Shown here: positions 23,598-33,095 of the stretch, piece by piece
Position numbering within the stretch: position 1 is the first letter of the stretch
Layout: each line of letters begins with the position of its first letter
NCBI GenBank assembly: GCA_963762145.1
Contig: CAVXJS010000013.1
Location: 1-64,000, forward strand
Direction: 5' to 3'
Source: an uncultured Candidatus Rokubacteria bacterium
Lineage (GTDB): Bacteria; Methylomirabilota; Methylomirabilia; Rokubacteriales; CSP1-6
Length of the DNA stretch: 64,000 nucleotides
The notes under the pieces: model-generated
Told to the model about the DNA's origin: nothing
What the model saw: only the letters and a program-made list of their open reading frames with translations
The model's database searches: none
Made by a program: the position numbers and the translations under genes

Positions 23598-24428
23598 ATG
23601 ACCCGGCCAGAACGTGATCCGGCGGCCCCCGGCCGCTTCACGCTGTCGAGTGAGGCGCGTGACCTCGCGCGGCTTCGCGAGTGGCTGCGCGCCGAGATGG
23701 CCGGGCTGGGGGTGGAGCGGGAGACCCGGGCGGCCCTGGTGCTGGCGGTGGGCGAGCTGTGCGCCAACTCCATCGAGCATGCCTACGAGGGGCGGAGCGG
23801 ACAGCCCATCCACGTCTCGATCGAGAGCTTCGAGGATCGGCTGGTCCTCGAGGTGGAGGACTTCGGACGGGCCTTCGACGAGGCCCGCTACGTGGCGCCG
23901 GACCTCGACGCGCTGCCCGACCACGGGCTGGGCATCCACCTGGTCCATCGCATCGCCGATTCGGTTTCCGTCGACACGCGGCGAACGCGTGGGACCCGCT
24001 GGACCCTCGTCAAGTACCGGCCGGGTCATGGCCCGGCCGATCGTTCGATCGCAGACCGCGGGGATGCGCCGCCGGCTCGATCAGGAGAGGTCATGGACAT
24101 CGAGGTAACTCGTTCGGCCGCGATCACGGTGGTTGTCCCCAAGGGCGACCTCGACATGGCGGCCGCGGATCAGATGAAGCGGGTCCTGTCCGGACTCGTG
24201 AACGAGGGGTCCGTCAAGCTGCTGGTGGATCTCGCGAACGTGAGCTACATCGACAGCTCGGGCATGGGCGCCCTCGTCGCCACCCTGAAGGTCGCCCGCG
24301 CCGCGGGCGGCGATCTCCACCTGTGCGCGCTGCAGGACGACGTGCGGGCGATCTTCGAGATGACCCGCCTGATCAAGGCGATCACCAATCACGCCACCCG
24401 GGGGGAGGCGCTCGCCGCGTGGGTCTGA
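23598..24428 (+). CDS. RsbW-like anti-sigma Ser kinase (HATPase_c_2) in frame with an RsbV-like STAS anti-anti-sigma domain; internal ATG 24093 has its own RBS
   Basis: LAVGELCANSIEHAY, VEDFG, HGLGIHLV; STAS LLVDLANVSYIDSSGMGAL; AGGAGAGG before ATG 24093. Confidence 0.88.
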   Translation: MTRPERDPAAPGRFTLSSEARDLARLREWLRAEMAGLGVERETRAALVLAVGELCANSIEHAYEGRSGQPIHVSIESFEDRLVLEVEDFGRAFDEARYVAPDLDALPDHGLGIHLVHRIADSVSVDTRRTRGTRWTLVKYRPGHGPADRSIADRGDAPPARSGEVMDIEVTRSAAITVVVPKGDLDMAAADQMKRVLSGLVNEGSVKLLVDLANVSYIDSSGMGALVATLKVARAAGGDLHLCALQDDVRAIFEMTRLIKAITNHATRGEALAAWV

Positions 24429-25288
24429 CGCGGCGCCTGCTCGCCGCCACCTTGGTCCTGGGGCTCGGCGGGGCGTCGGCGCCGGCCGCCTCGCCGAGCC
24501 GTCCCCTGGCAGGCGTGCGCACCTGGGTCGTCTACTACGCGGCGGCCCCCGAGGCGGCCGCGGATCTGGCGCGCTTCGACGTCGTGGTGCTCGATCCAAA
24601 CGCGCACCCCCCGCTGCCCCTCGTCAAGCGGCACGGCTCGCTCCTGCTGACCTACGTGAGCCTGGGCGAGGTGAACACGAACCATCCCGCGTACGCCGCC
24701 ATCGCGGGTGAGCCGTGGGTCCTCTCCCCCAACCCGAGCTGGCCCGACGCGCGCCGTCTCGACGTGCGTGCCGCCGCGTACGAGCGCTGGCTGCTCGAGC
24801 GGGTGGTGCCGTCCGCGCTCGCCGGGCCGGTCAACGGGCTCTTCCTCGATACCGCCGACACCGCGCTCGACCTCGAGCAGACGGACCCGCGGCGGTTCAA
24901 GGGCGCGGCCCAGGCGCTCGAGCGCGTGCTCGTGGAGATGAAGCGCCGCCACCCGCGCGCGCTGCTGATGATCAACGGCGGTCTCCCCATCGCGGAGCGG
25001 TTGCCGACCGTGCTGGACGCGGTCGCGCTCGAGTCCATCTGGACCGACTACGACTTCAAGGACAAGGCCTACCGGGTGCGGCCGGCCGAGGACGCGGAGG
25101 CGCGCGCGCGCCTGCTGGACCGCGTGGTCGCGCTGGGCCTGCCGGCCTTCACGCTCGAGTACACCGCGGCGGACCGCGGCGCGCCCTGGCCGGCCGAGTT
25201 GATCCGGCGCTCGCGCGCCCGGGGCTTCATCCCGTACGTCTCCACGATCGGCCTCGACCAGGTCTCGACGCACACCCTCGCGCCATGA
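24419..25288 (+). CDS. pelA: PelA-type glycoside hydrolase domain (GH114/GH166, endo-alpha-1,4-polygalactosaminidase) as a separate gene
   Basis: WVVYY, TYVSLGEV, GLFLDTAD, VALESIW, GFIPYVS; signal peptide. Confidence 0.8.
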   Translation: MGLTRRLLAATLVLGLGGASAPAASPSRPLAGVRTWVVYYAAAPEAAADLARFDVVVLDPNAHPPLPLVKRHGSLLLTYVSLGEVNTNHPAYAAIAGEPWVLSPNPSWPDARRLDVRAAAYERWLLERVVPSALAGPVNGLFLDTADTALDLEQTDPRRFKGAAQALERVLVEMKRRHPRALLMINGGLPIAERLPTVLDAVALESIWTDYDFKDKAYRVRPAEDAEARARLLDRVVALGLPAFTLEYTAADRGAPWPAELIRRSRARGFIPYVSTIGLDQVSTHTLAP

Positions 25289-25295
25289 TCGGCGC

Positions 25296-27431
25296 ATGAC
25301 GAGACAGCTCTCGCGCCGCGCCCTGCTCGGTCACTCCGCCGCCGCGGCCGGCGTGCTCGCGCTGCGGGGAGCCGGCGGGCGGGCACGCGCGGCGGAGGCC
25401 GCGGCCGCCTCGGCGGGCCCACCCGCGGCGGGCGAGCTGCCGCGCGTCGTGCTGGCGCTCTACAAGTCCAGCGAGCACGCCAACGACGTGGAGGGCCGCC
25501 GCCCCAAGACCGCGACGCTCAACGAGGTGCATAACTGGGCCCAGATGCCGCTCAACTGGCTCGGGCTCATGGTCGAGTACCACGACATCGATCGCGGGCT
25601 GCCCGACGAGCGGACGATGGCGCGCTATCGCGGCGTGGTCACCTGGTTCCAGAGCGAGGAGATGGCCGCGCCGCTCGACTACCTGCGCTGGCTGGGCGCA
25701 CAGATGCGGGCCGGGCGCCGGGTGGTGATCCTCGAGTATCTGGGCGCTCTCCGCGATCGCGGAACTCTCAGAACGGTTGACCTGACCCTGGTGAACGAGG
25801 CCCTCGCGCCGAGCGGGCTCGAGTTCCTCGGGAACTGGTCGGGCAACCAGAAGATGATCGAGCTCCGGCGCAAGGATCCGAAGATGATGGAGTTCGAGCG
25901 GCCGCTCCCGCCCGGGCTGCCCTACTACCAGCAGGTGCGCGCGCGGGGGCCCGGCTCCCGGGCGCATCTCGTGCTGGCCCGGCGCGACCTGCCGGACTCC
26001 GAGAGCCAGGTGGTGGTGACCGGCCCGTGGGGCGGCTTCGCGGCGGCCGAGTACGTCCGCTTCCAGTTCCCGGGCGAGTCGGGCGCGCAGTGGTGGCTCG
26101 ATCCGTTCGCGTTCTTCCGCGAGGCGCTGGGGGTGGGAGATTGGCCGCGGCCCGATACCACCACCCAGTGCGGGCGCCGCATCTGCTACTCGCACATCGA
26201 CGGCGACGGCCTGCGCAACCGCTCGGAGGTGAGTCCGGGCGCCTCGAGCGGTCAGGTGCTGCTCGACGAGATCCTCTCGCGCTACGGACTGCCCACCAGC
26301 GTGTCGGTGGTGGTGGCGGAGGTGGAGCCGACGCTCCTCGGCTCACCCGAGTTCCACGAGCTGGCCCGCGCCATCTTCCGGCTGCCGAACGTGGAGGCGG
26401 GCAGCCACTCCTACACGCATCCGCTCGACTGGGAGAAGCGGACGCGGAGCTTCGCGCTGAACGGGATCCCATACTCGGTCGAGACCGAGACCGCAGGGTC
26501 CATTCGCTACATCGAGGAGCGGCTCCTGCCGCCCGGCAAGCGGGTGCGGCTCTTCCAGTGGTCCGGATCGACCCGGGTGAGCGAGGACGCGATCGCCATA
26601 CTCGCGCGCCTGGGGGTGCCCAACATCAACGGGGGCGACACCATGCGCGACCGCGACTGGCCGAGCTACACGCGGGTCGCGCCGCTGATGCGCCAGGTGG
26701 GCCGGCAGTGGCAGACCTACACCTCGGCCGCGAACGAGAATCTCTACACCAACCTGTGGACCGGGCCCTTCTACGGCTATCGCCACGTGGTCGAGACGTT
26801 CGAGAACACCGAGAAGCCGCGTCGCGTCGCGCCGGTCAACCTCTACTACCACTTCTATTCGGCCGAGCGCGTGGCCGCGCTGGTCTCGCTGCGCTACGTG
26901 CACGAGTGGGTCGGGCGGCAGCCGCTCGCGCGGCTGTTCACCAGCGAGTACCTGGCGATCGTGGAGGGCTTCCGCACCGCCCGCATCGCGCGCGTCGCGG
27001 CGGGATGGCGCGTCTGGGACCACGGCGCCCTGCGCACGGTGCGCTTCGACGACACCCGCGCGACGGTGGATCTCGCCCGCTCGCAGGGTCTGCTCGGCTA
27101 CGTTCACCACCAGGGTGCGCTCTACGTGCACCTGGCCGGGCCCGAGCCCGCCCTGATCGTGCTCGGCGACCGCCCGCCCCAGACGCCGTACCTCGTGCAG
27201 GCGAGCCATCGGGTCAGCAAGTGGAGCCGCGAGGCTTCGCGGGTCACGCTATCGCTCTCCGGCGTGGGCCCCAAGCTGGTCGAGCTCGCCGGGCTCCCCG
27301 CGGATCGCGAGATCGCGGTCGAGCTCCGCGCCGCCGCCGGATCGCGGCGCGAGCGGGCGCGTACCGGCCGCGACGGGCGCCTGACCGTTCGCGCCGGGGA
27401 GGCCGCGGACGTCGACGTGCGACTCGGGTGA
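25296..27431 (+). CDS. pelA: PelA-type deacetylase-containing protein with Tat signal
   Basis: SRRALL Tat motif; PDTTTQCGRRICYSHIDGDG, EAGSHSYTHP, NINGGDT, NENLYTNLWTGPFYGY, YYHFYS. Confidence 0.85.
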   Translation: MTRQLSRRALLGHSAAAAGVLALRGAGGRARAAEAAAASAGPPAAGELPRVVLALYKSSEHANDVEGRRPKTATLNEVHNWAQMPLNWLGLMVEYHDIDRGLPDERTMARYRGVVTWFQSEEMAAPLDYLRWLGAQMRAGRRVVILEYLGALRDRGTLRTVDLTLVNEALAPSGLEFLGNWSGNQKMIELRRKDPKMMEFERPLPPGLPYYQQVRARGPGSRAHLVLARRDLPDSESQVVVTGPWGGFAAAEYVRFQFPGESGAQWWLDPFAFFREALGVGDWPRPDTTTQCGRRICYSHIDGDGLRNRSEVSPGASSGQVLLDEILSRYGLPTSVSVVVAEVEPTLLGSPEFHELARAIFRLPNVEAGSHSYTHPLDWEKRTRSFALNGIPYSVETETAGSIRYIEERLLPPGKRVRLFQWSGSTRVSEDAIAILARLGVPNINGGDTMRDRDWPSYTRVAPLMRQVGRQWQTYTSAANENLYTNLWTGPFYGYRHVVETFENTEKPRRVAPVNLYYHFYSAERVAALVSLRYVHEWVGRQPLARLFTSEYLAIVEGFRTARIARVAAGWRVWDHGALRTVRFDDTRATVDLARSQGLLGYVHHQGALYVHLAGPEPALIVLGDRPPQTPYLVQASHRVSKWSREASRVTLSLSGVGPKLVELAGLPADREIAVELRAAAGSRRERARTGRDGRLTVRAGEAADVDVRLG

Positions 27432-29650
27432 AGATCGAGCGCTGGAAGCTCGGGCTGGGGGTGCTGCTCACCCTCGCGCTCCTCGCGATGTCCGTCCCGT
27501 GGGGCGGCGACCTGGGCTGGGCCTACCTGGCCGACCGGCAGTATGCGCTGGCCCGGGACATGTTCGCCGAGGCGCTGCGCGGCGAGACCACCGACGCGCA
27601 GCTCTGGCTGGGGCTGGCCACCGCCTACGAGGCGCTCGGGGAGCCGGATCGGCAGATCGCGACGCTCGTGGACGCGTCGCGAAGCCTGCCGCGGCGCCGC
27701 GACCTGCTGCTGAAGCTGGCCGACGCCTATCAGGCCAACCGGGACCCCGCCGCGGCGTCGGCGGTGCTCGAGCGGCTCACCGTGATCCCGGTTCCGGACG
27801 ACGTGCCGCTGCTCGAGCGCCTGCTCACCGCCTACCTGTGGAAGGGCGACTACGAGCGGCAGGTCGCGGTGCTCCGCAAGCTGGTGGCGCTCAGCCCGAC
27901 GGACTCCTCGATCGTGGGCGAGCTGGCCACCGCCGCGCGAAACCTCGACCGGCAGGACGAGGCGGTGACGGTGCTCGAGGCCTTCGTGCGGCGGCGGCCC
28001 GACGATCCCGAGGGACGACGCTGGCTCGCCCAGGCGTACGACTCCCTCGGGCAGGGGGATCGCGCGGTCGAGCAGTGGAAGGTGCTGGCGCGGATCGCGC
28101 CGGGCGACGTCGAGGCCCGCAACCGCCTCCTGCCCGCGCCGGGCGGCGCGCCGCGCGTGGAGGAGATCGCGCTGCTCGAGCGCCAGCGCGCGACCGACCC
28201 GCGCGACGAAGCGACGCGCCGCCGGCTGGTCGAGCTCTACCGGGCGAGCGGCGACGTGCCTCGCGCGCTCGAGGCGCAGCGCGAGCTGGCCGCGCTCCGC
28301 CCCCGGGACCACGACACGCTGGCCCTGCTGGGCCGCCTGCTCGTCGAGCAGGACCGCGGGCCCGAGGCGATCGCCGCGTACGAGCGGGCGGTCGAGCTCG
28401 CGCCGGACCGGCTCGACACCGCGCTGGCCCTGGCCCAGCTTTACGAGTGGAGCGACGACCCGCGCCGTGCCCTCGCCCTGCTCGAGCGCGTCGCGAAGGC
28501 GCGCCCGACGGATCGCGCGCTTCAGGAGCGGGTGGCCGCGCTCGCCCAGGGGGGCGGGGACGGGCCGGCCGCGCTGTCCGCGCTGGATCGGCTCGCCGCG
28601 CTGTCGCCTCAGGATCCCCGCTACGCCCAGCAGGCGGTGGACGGGCTGGTCGCCGCGAACCGGCTGCCCGAGGCCATCGCGCGTCAGCGCCGCATCGTCG
28701 AGCAGAGCCCCGGCGCGCCCGGGCCCGCGCTCCGGCTCGCCCAGCTCCACGAGTGGAACAATCAGGAGCGCGAGGCCATCGCGGTCTACGAGGGGCTCGA
28801 CCGCGCGGGGACGCTGCCCGAGCCCTCCCTCGGGCGGCTCGCCGAGCTCTATCGATTCCAGGATCGGCCCGCCGATTTCCTGCGCGTCGCCGACCGGCTC
28901 CTGGCCCGCCGGCCGGACGACTGGGCGCTGCGCGAGGCCGCCGCCGAGGCCGCGGAGGGGCTCGGGCGGCTCCCGGACGCGGTGCGCCTGCTCCAGCCGG
29001 CGGTGGAGCGCCGCCCGCTCGACGAGCGCGTCGCGCTCCGGTACCTGACCCTCGCCGCCCAGGCGGGGCGCCTGGAGGACGGCCTGCGCGTGCACCGTCG
29101 CGTCGCGGCCTCGGCGGGCGCGGCCTACCGGGCGAAGGCGGGCAAGACCCTGATGGATCTCGGCAAGTATCCGGACGCGGTCGCGGAGTACGAGGCCGTC
29201 CTCGCCGCGGCGCCGGGCGACGGTGAGGACGCGGTGACCGCGCGGCTGGCGCTGGCCCAGCTCTACGACTGGACGGGAGCGGGCGAGCCGGCGCTCCGGC
29301 AGTGGGAGAGCCTCATGCGCGCGCGCCCGCGCGATGCTCGCGTGCTGCGCGAGGTCGGCCGGCGCAGCCTCGCGCTGTCGCGCAACGACGTGGCCCTGCG
29401 CGCCTACCGCTCGCTGCTCGACGTGCAGCCGGACGACGCGGAGGGACTCAAGCGGGCCGGCCAGCTCATGGCCTGGAGCCACGACGCGCGCGGTGCGCGC
29501 CAGGCGCTCGAGCGCTTCAACCGCGTGAAGGGCGGCGACTACGAGGTGCACTACCTCCTGGGCGAGCTCTACGCGGCCGACCGGGACGAAGAGCGCGCGC
29601 GGCTCGAGTTCGAGCGCGCCCTGCGGCTCCTGCCCGCGCGCCCGCGCTGA
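27428..29650 (+). CDS. pelB: PelB-like TPR scaffold (N-terminal part)
   Basis: N-terminal hydrophobic anchor; long TPR array with LAQLYEW motifs; position in the pel cluster. Confidence 0.75.
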   Translation: MKIERWKLGLGVLLTLALLAMSVPWGGDLGWAYLADRQYALARDMFAEALRGETTDAQLWLGLATAYEALGEPDRQIATLVDASRSLPRRRDLLLKLADAYQANRDPAAASAVLERLTVIPVPDDVPLLERLLTAYLWKGDYERQVAVLRKLVALSPTDSSIVGELATAARNLDRQDEAVTVLEAFVRRRPDDPEGRRWLAQAYDSLGQGDRAVEQWKVLARIAPGDVEARNRLLPAPGGAPRVEEIALLERQRATDPRDEATRRRLVELYRASGDVPRALEAQRELAALRPRDHDTLALLGRLLVEQDRGPEAIAAYERAVELAPDRLDTALALAQLYEWSDDPRRALALLERVAKARPTDRALQERVAALAQGGGDGPAALSALDRLAALSPQDPRYAQQAVDGLVAANRLPEAIARQRRIVEQSPGAPGPALRLAQLHEWNNQEREAIAVYEGLDRAGTLPEPSLGRLAELYRFQDRPADFLRVADRLLARRPDDWALREAAAEAAEGLGRLPDAVRLLQPAVERRPLDERVALRYLTLAAQAGRLEDGLRVHRRVAASAGAAYRAKAGKTLMDLGKYPDAVAEYEAVLAAAPGDGEDAVTARLALAQLYDWTGAGEPALRQWESLMRARPRDARVLREVGRRSLALSRNDVALRAYRSLLDVQPDDAEGLKRAGQLMAWSHDARGARQALERFNRVKGGDYEVHYLLGELYAADRDEERARLEFERALRLLPARPR

Positions 29651-29665
29651 AGCCCACGGCCTCGC

Positions 29666-29694
29666 TTGAACGCGGTGGATGCCGCCGCCATACT
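29666..29694 (+). promoter_or_regulatory. Putative internal sigma70 promoter giving a leaderless transcript at GTG 29701
   Basis: TTGAAC, 17 nt, CATACT; GTG 6 nt downstream with no RBS. Confidence 0.45.
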
Positions 29695-29700
29695 CGCTCG

Positions 29701-31161
29701 GTGACCGCCTTCCGCTCGGTGTGGGCCGCCTCCGGCCTCCTGTGTCTCGTCCTCGGCGCCCCGCCTCCCACCGCGCGCGCCCAGGCGCCGCCCGCGGCCT
29801 CCGAGACGCCCGACGCGGCGGACCCGCTCGAGGCCGAGATGCTGCGGGCGCGCATCCTGGCGCGCCTGGGCATGACCGAGGAGGCGCTCGCGACCTATCG
29901 CGCGCTGCTCGAGCGCCACGGGGACAACCGTGCGCTCCGCGAGGACTATGCGGAGCTCCTGGTGGACGCGGGCCAGCTCGACCGGGCGGTTCCCGTGGTG
30001 GATCGCTACCTGGCCGACGATCCCACGTCGGCGCGGCTGCGCCGGCTGAAGGCCCGGCTCGATCTGGCCCGGGGCTCGCCCGCGGAGGCGGGCCGCCGCC
30101 TCGAGGCGCTGTCCCGCGAGCAGCCGAAGGACGCGGGGATCACCGCGGACCTCGCCGCGGCCGAGCTCGCGGCGGGCCGGTGGGGCCGCGCGCTCGACCT
30201 CTACGGGCGCATGCTCGACGTGGACCCGGAGAACCGCGAGATCATCACCGCGTATCGCGAGATCCTCCTCGGCCACGCCCCCCGCGTCGAGCTGATCCAT
30301 TCCACCCTGCTCCAGACCTCGGCCACGCAGCACGTGGAGGAGATCGCGTGGCGCGGCTGGCTGGGCGACCGGTGGTGGCTGCGGGCGGGCGGCCGTCACG
30401 GCAGCTACAATCAGGACCGCGTGACGGGCCAGAACGCCTTCAGCGAGGAGGTGTGGACCGCGCTCGCCACCGTCGGCTTTCAGCCCACGCGCACGATCTC
30501 GCTCTGGGCCGGGCTCGAGGAGTCGCAGCGCCGCGGGGAGATCTTCCGCACCACCGGCCGGCTCGGCGCCGCCTACGACGACGGGAAAGCCACCAGCGTC
30601 ACGCTGGACGTGGCGATCCGCGAGATGCTCACCAACCCGGTGGCCGCGGTGCCGAAGAACGGCTCGACCGACCGGGTGACGGTCGACGTGGCGCGCCGGG
30701 TCCTGGTGCCGGTGGTGCTGGGCGCCCACTACGATTTCCGGCACTACCGCGTGTCCGGGCAGGATCTGGGGGACCGCTGGGAGGCGGCGGCCCGGGCCGA
30801 GCTCGAGCTCGTGCGCAGCCGCGTGCAGGTCACGCTGATCCCGCAGGTATTTTTTGCCCAGTACGCGCCCATCGCGGGCGACCCGCTGCGCCAGGAGATC
30901 TCATTCATCAAGCGAGAGGACGTGCTGGGCATCGGGGCCGTGGTGGGCTGGGACGTCACGCCCGCGGTGCGCCTGCAGGCGGGGGCGGTCGGGCGCCGCG
31001 ACATCTATCGCGCGCTCACCTCGTGGGAGGTCAACGGAGAAGGACGGTGGCGAATTCGGCCCTGGCTGGAGGGACGCGTGCTCTATACTCGCAACACCGA
31101 GTCCACCACGGTGGGCGGACAGGAAGAGTTCTTCCTCGGCCGCCTCGACATCCTGTACTGA
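29701..31161 (+). CDS. pelB: TPR + outer-membrane beta-barrel protein (PelB C-terminal porin part)
   Basis: Signal peptide ARA-Q; short TPR array; amphipathic strands; C-terminal aromatic residue (FFLGRLDILY). Confidence 0.7.
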   Translation: MTAFRSVWAASGLLCLVLGAPPPTARAQAPPAASETPDAADPLEAEMLRARILARLGMTEEALATYRALLERHGDNRALREDYAELLVDAGQLDRAVPVVDRYLADDPTSARLRRLKARLDLARGSPAEAGRRLEALSREQPKDAGITADLAAAELAAGRWGRALDLYGRMLDVDPENREIITAYREILLGHAPRVELIHSTLLQTSATQHVEEIAWRGWLGDRWWLRAGGRHGSYNQDRVTGQNAFSEEVWTALATVGFQPTRTISLWAGLEESQRRGEIFRTTGRLGAAYDDGKATSVTLDVAIREMLTNPVAAVPKNGSTDRVTVDVARRVLVPVVLGAHYDFRHYRVSGQDLGDRWEAAARAELELVRSRVQVTLIPQVFFAQYAPIAGDPLRQEISFIKREDVLGIGAVVGWDVTPAVRLQAGAVGRRDIYRALTSWEVNGEGRWRIRPWLEGRVLYTRNTESTTVGGQEEFFLGRLDILY

Positions 31162-31736
31162 TGACATTCACGGGGCGGCGTTCGAGAGTCGTGCTGCTGA
31201 CGGCCGCGGTGCTGATCGCGACCGGATGCGCGAGCGCGGTGCAGGAGTGGGTGAAGCCCGGCGCGGGCCGGGTGGGCCGCGTCGCGGTGCTCCCCTTCGA
31301 GAACCAGACCGCCTCGCTGCGCGCCGGCCAGGCGTTCACCGATCTCCTCGTCGGCGAGCTGCTCGCCACCGGCGCGATCGCGGTCATGGACCCGAGCGAG
31401 GTCGCCGATCACCTGCGCCGCGAGAACCTGGACCCGGCCGACGCGGGGCGGCTGCCGTCCGCCCAGCGGATCGGCCGGCTCCTGCAGGTGAGCCACGTGC
31501 TGCAGGGCTCGGTGACCGAATACCGGTACAAGCCGGGCCTCTCCGAGACGCCCGCGGTCGGTGTCACCGCGCGACTCGTGGAGACCGCGTCCGGAGAGGT
31601 GGTGTGGAGCGCGAGCTACGCTCGCCTCGGCTCCTCGTGGATCCGCGAGGACGGGCTCGCGCGCGTCGCGCAGCAGGTGGCCCACGACATGGCGGCGCAT
31701 CTGACCGGCGCCCTGGGCGGCGCGGGGGCGCGGTAA
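31161..31736 (+). CDS. pelC: PelC-like outer-membrane lipoprotein
   Basis: Lipobox IATGC; VAVLPFENQT; GSVTEYRYKPGLSETPAVGVTARL. Confidence 0.85.
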   Translation: MTFTGRRSRVVLLTAAVLIATGCASAVQEWVKPGAGRVGRVAVLPFENQTASLRAGQAFTDLLVGELLATGAIAVMDPSEVADHLRRENLDPADAGRLPSAQRIGRLLQVSHVLQGSVTEYRYKPGLSETPAVGVTARLVETASGEVVWSASYARLGSSWIREDGLARVAQQVAHDMAAHLTGALGGAGAR

Positions 31737-31743
31737 GCGCCGG

Positions 31744-33095
31744 GTGCTCGCCACACTCCGCCGCGGCAGTCCGTACCTGCTCGAGCTGGGCGGCGGGCTC
31801 CTCGTGCTCGCCGTCGTCAACCTGCTGCTGCGGCCGAAGGACCCCGGCTTCCTCGCGGTCCAGCCCAACCCGGCCCTGCTCCTCGTCGCGGTGGTGGCCT
31901 GTCGCCACGGGCTCCGCGCCGGCCTCGCGAGCGGCCTCGTGACCGCGGCGGTGGTCACCGCGTGCATCGTGGCGCGTCTCGAGTACCTGACCTGGAGCGA
32001 GGTGCGGACGCTCGGGCACTACGTGACGCCGCTCCTGCTCATCGGCGTCGGCTTCGGCCTCGGGGCCCAGCGGGAGGCGCTGCGCCGCGCCGAGCGCGCG
32101 CTCGAGGGCCGGGTCGAGGCGCTCGAGCACGAGCTGGCCGATCAGGCGGTGCGCTTCATGGCCGCCACCGAGGCCAAGCACGAGCTGGAGCGGCGGGTGG
32201 CCGATGAGCGCGCGTCGCTCTCGAGCCTCTACACCGCGGCCCGCGCCCTCGAGACGCTCGACGCGGAGCGCCTCTACCCCGCCATTGCGCTGACCGCGCG
32301 CCGCTTTCTGCAGGCCGACGCCTGCCAGTGCTACGTGCTCGATGGCGCGCTCATGCGCCTCCGCGCCGCGGAGGGGCCGCCCCCGAGCGGTCGGAGATTC
32401 CGCCCGACGAGGGGCTCGTGGGCCTGGCGGTGCGCCTCGGCCGGCCGGTCAGCGTGCGCGACGCCGCGGTGATCACCTCGCTCGACGACCTCCACACCGC
32501 GAGCCTGCTCATGGCGGCCCCCCTGCTGGGTCCGCAGGGCACCCTGCTCGGGTGTCTCACCGTGACCGCGCTGCCCTTCCTGCGCCTCACCGCGGTCTCG
32601 CTCGACCGCCTGGGCCTCGTGGCGGACTGGGGCGCGCGGGCGCTCGCGAACGCGCGCACGCATCAGGAGACGCGCGCGCGGACCATCGAGGACGACCTGC
32701 TCGGCGCCTACACCTACGCGTACTACGAGCGCCGTCTCCACGAAGAGGAGATGCGCGCCGACCGCTACCGCCGGCCGCTCGCGGTGGTGATCTTCCGCGT
32801 GCATCGCTTCGGAGCGGTGGAGCTCGAGCGCCGCATCGAGCTGGGGCGCGTGCTGGCGCTCGTCTTCTCGCGCACGCTGCGGGACGTGGACATCGTGTGT
32901 CGCTACGCGACCGAGGACTCCTTCGCGATCATCCTGCCCGAGACCGCGCCCGCGCAGGCCGAGGTCGTGGTGGAGCGCCTCTCACGGGAGATCGGCAACT
33001 TCCACTTCGCCCCCTACGGCGACGAGACGCAGGATCTCGAGTTCTCGATCCGGGTGCTCGCGGTGCGGGAGCGGCCCGGGAAGGTGACGCCCTGA
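31744..33095 (+). CDS. pelD: PelD-like c-di-GMP receptor (TM, GAF, degenerate GGDEF); one apparent frameshift near 32385
   Basis: TM region with PNPALLLVAVVACRHG; GAF; RDVD I-site followed by degenerate ATEDS. Confidence 0.8.
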
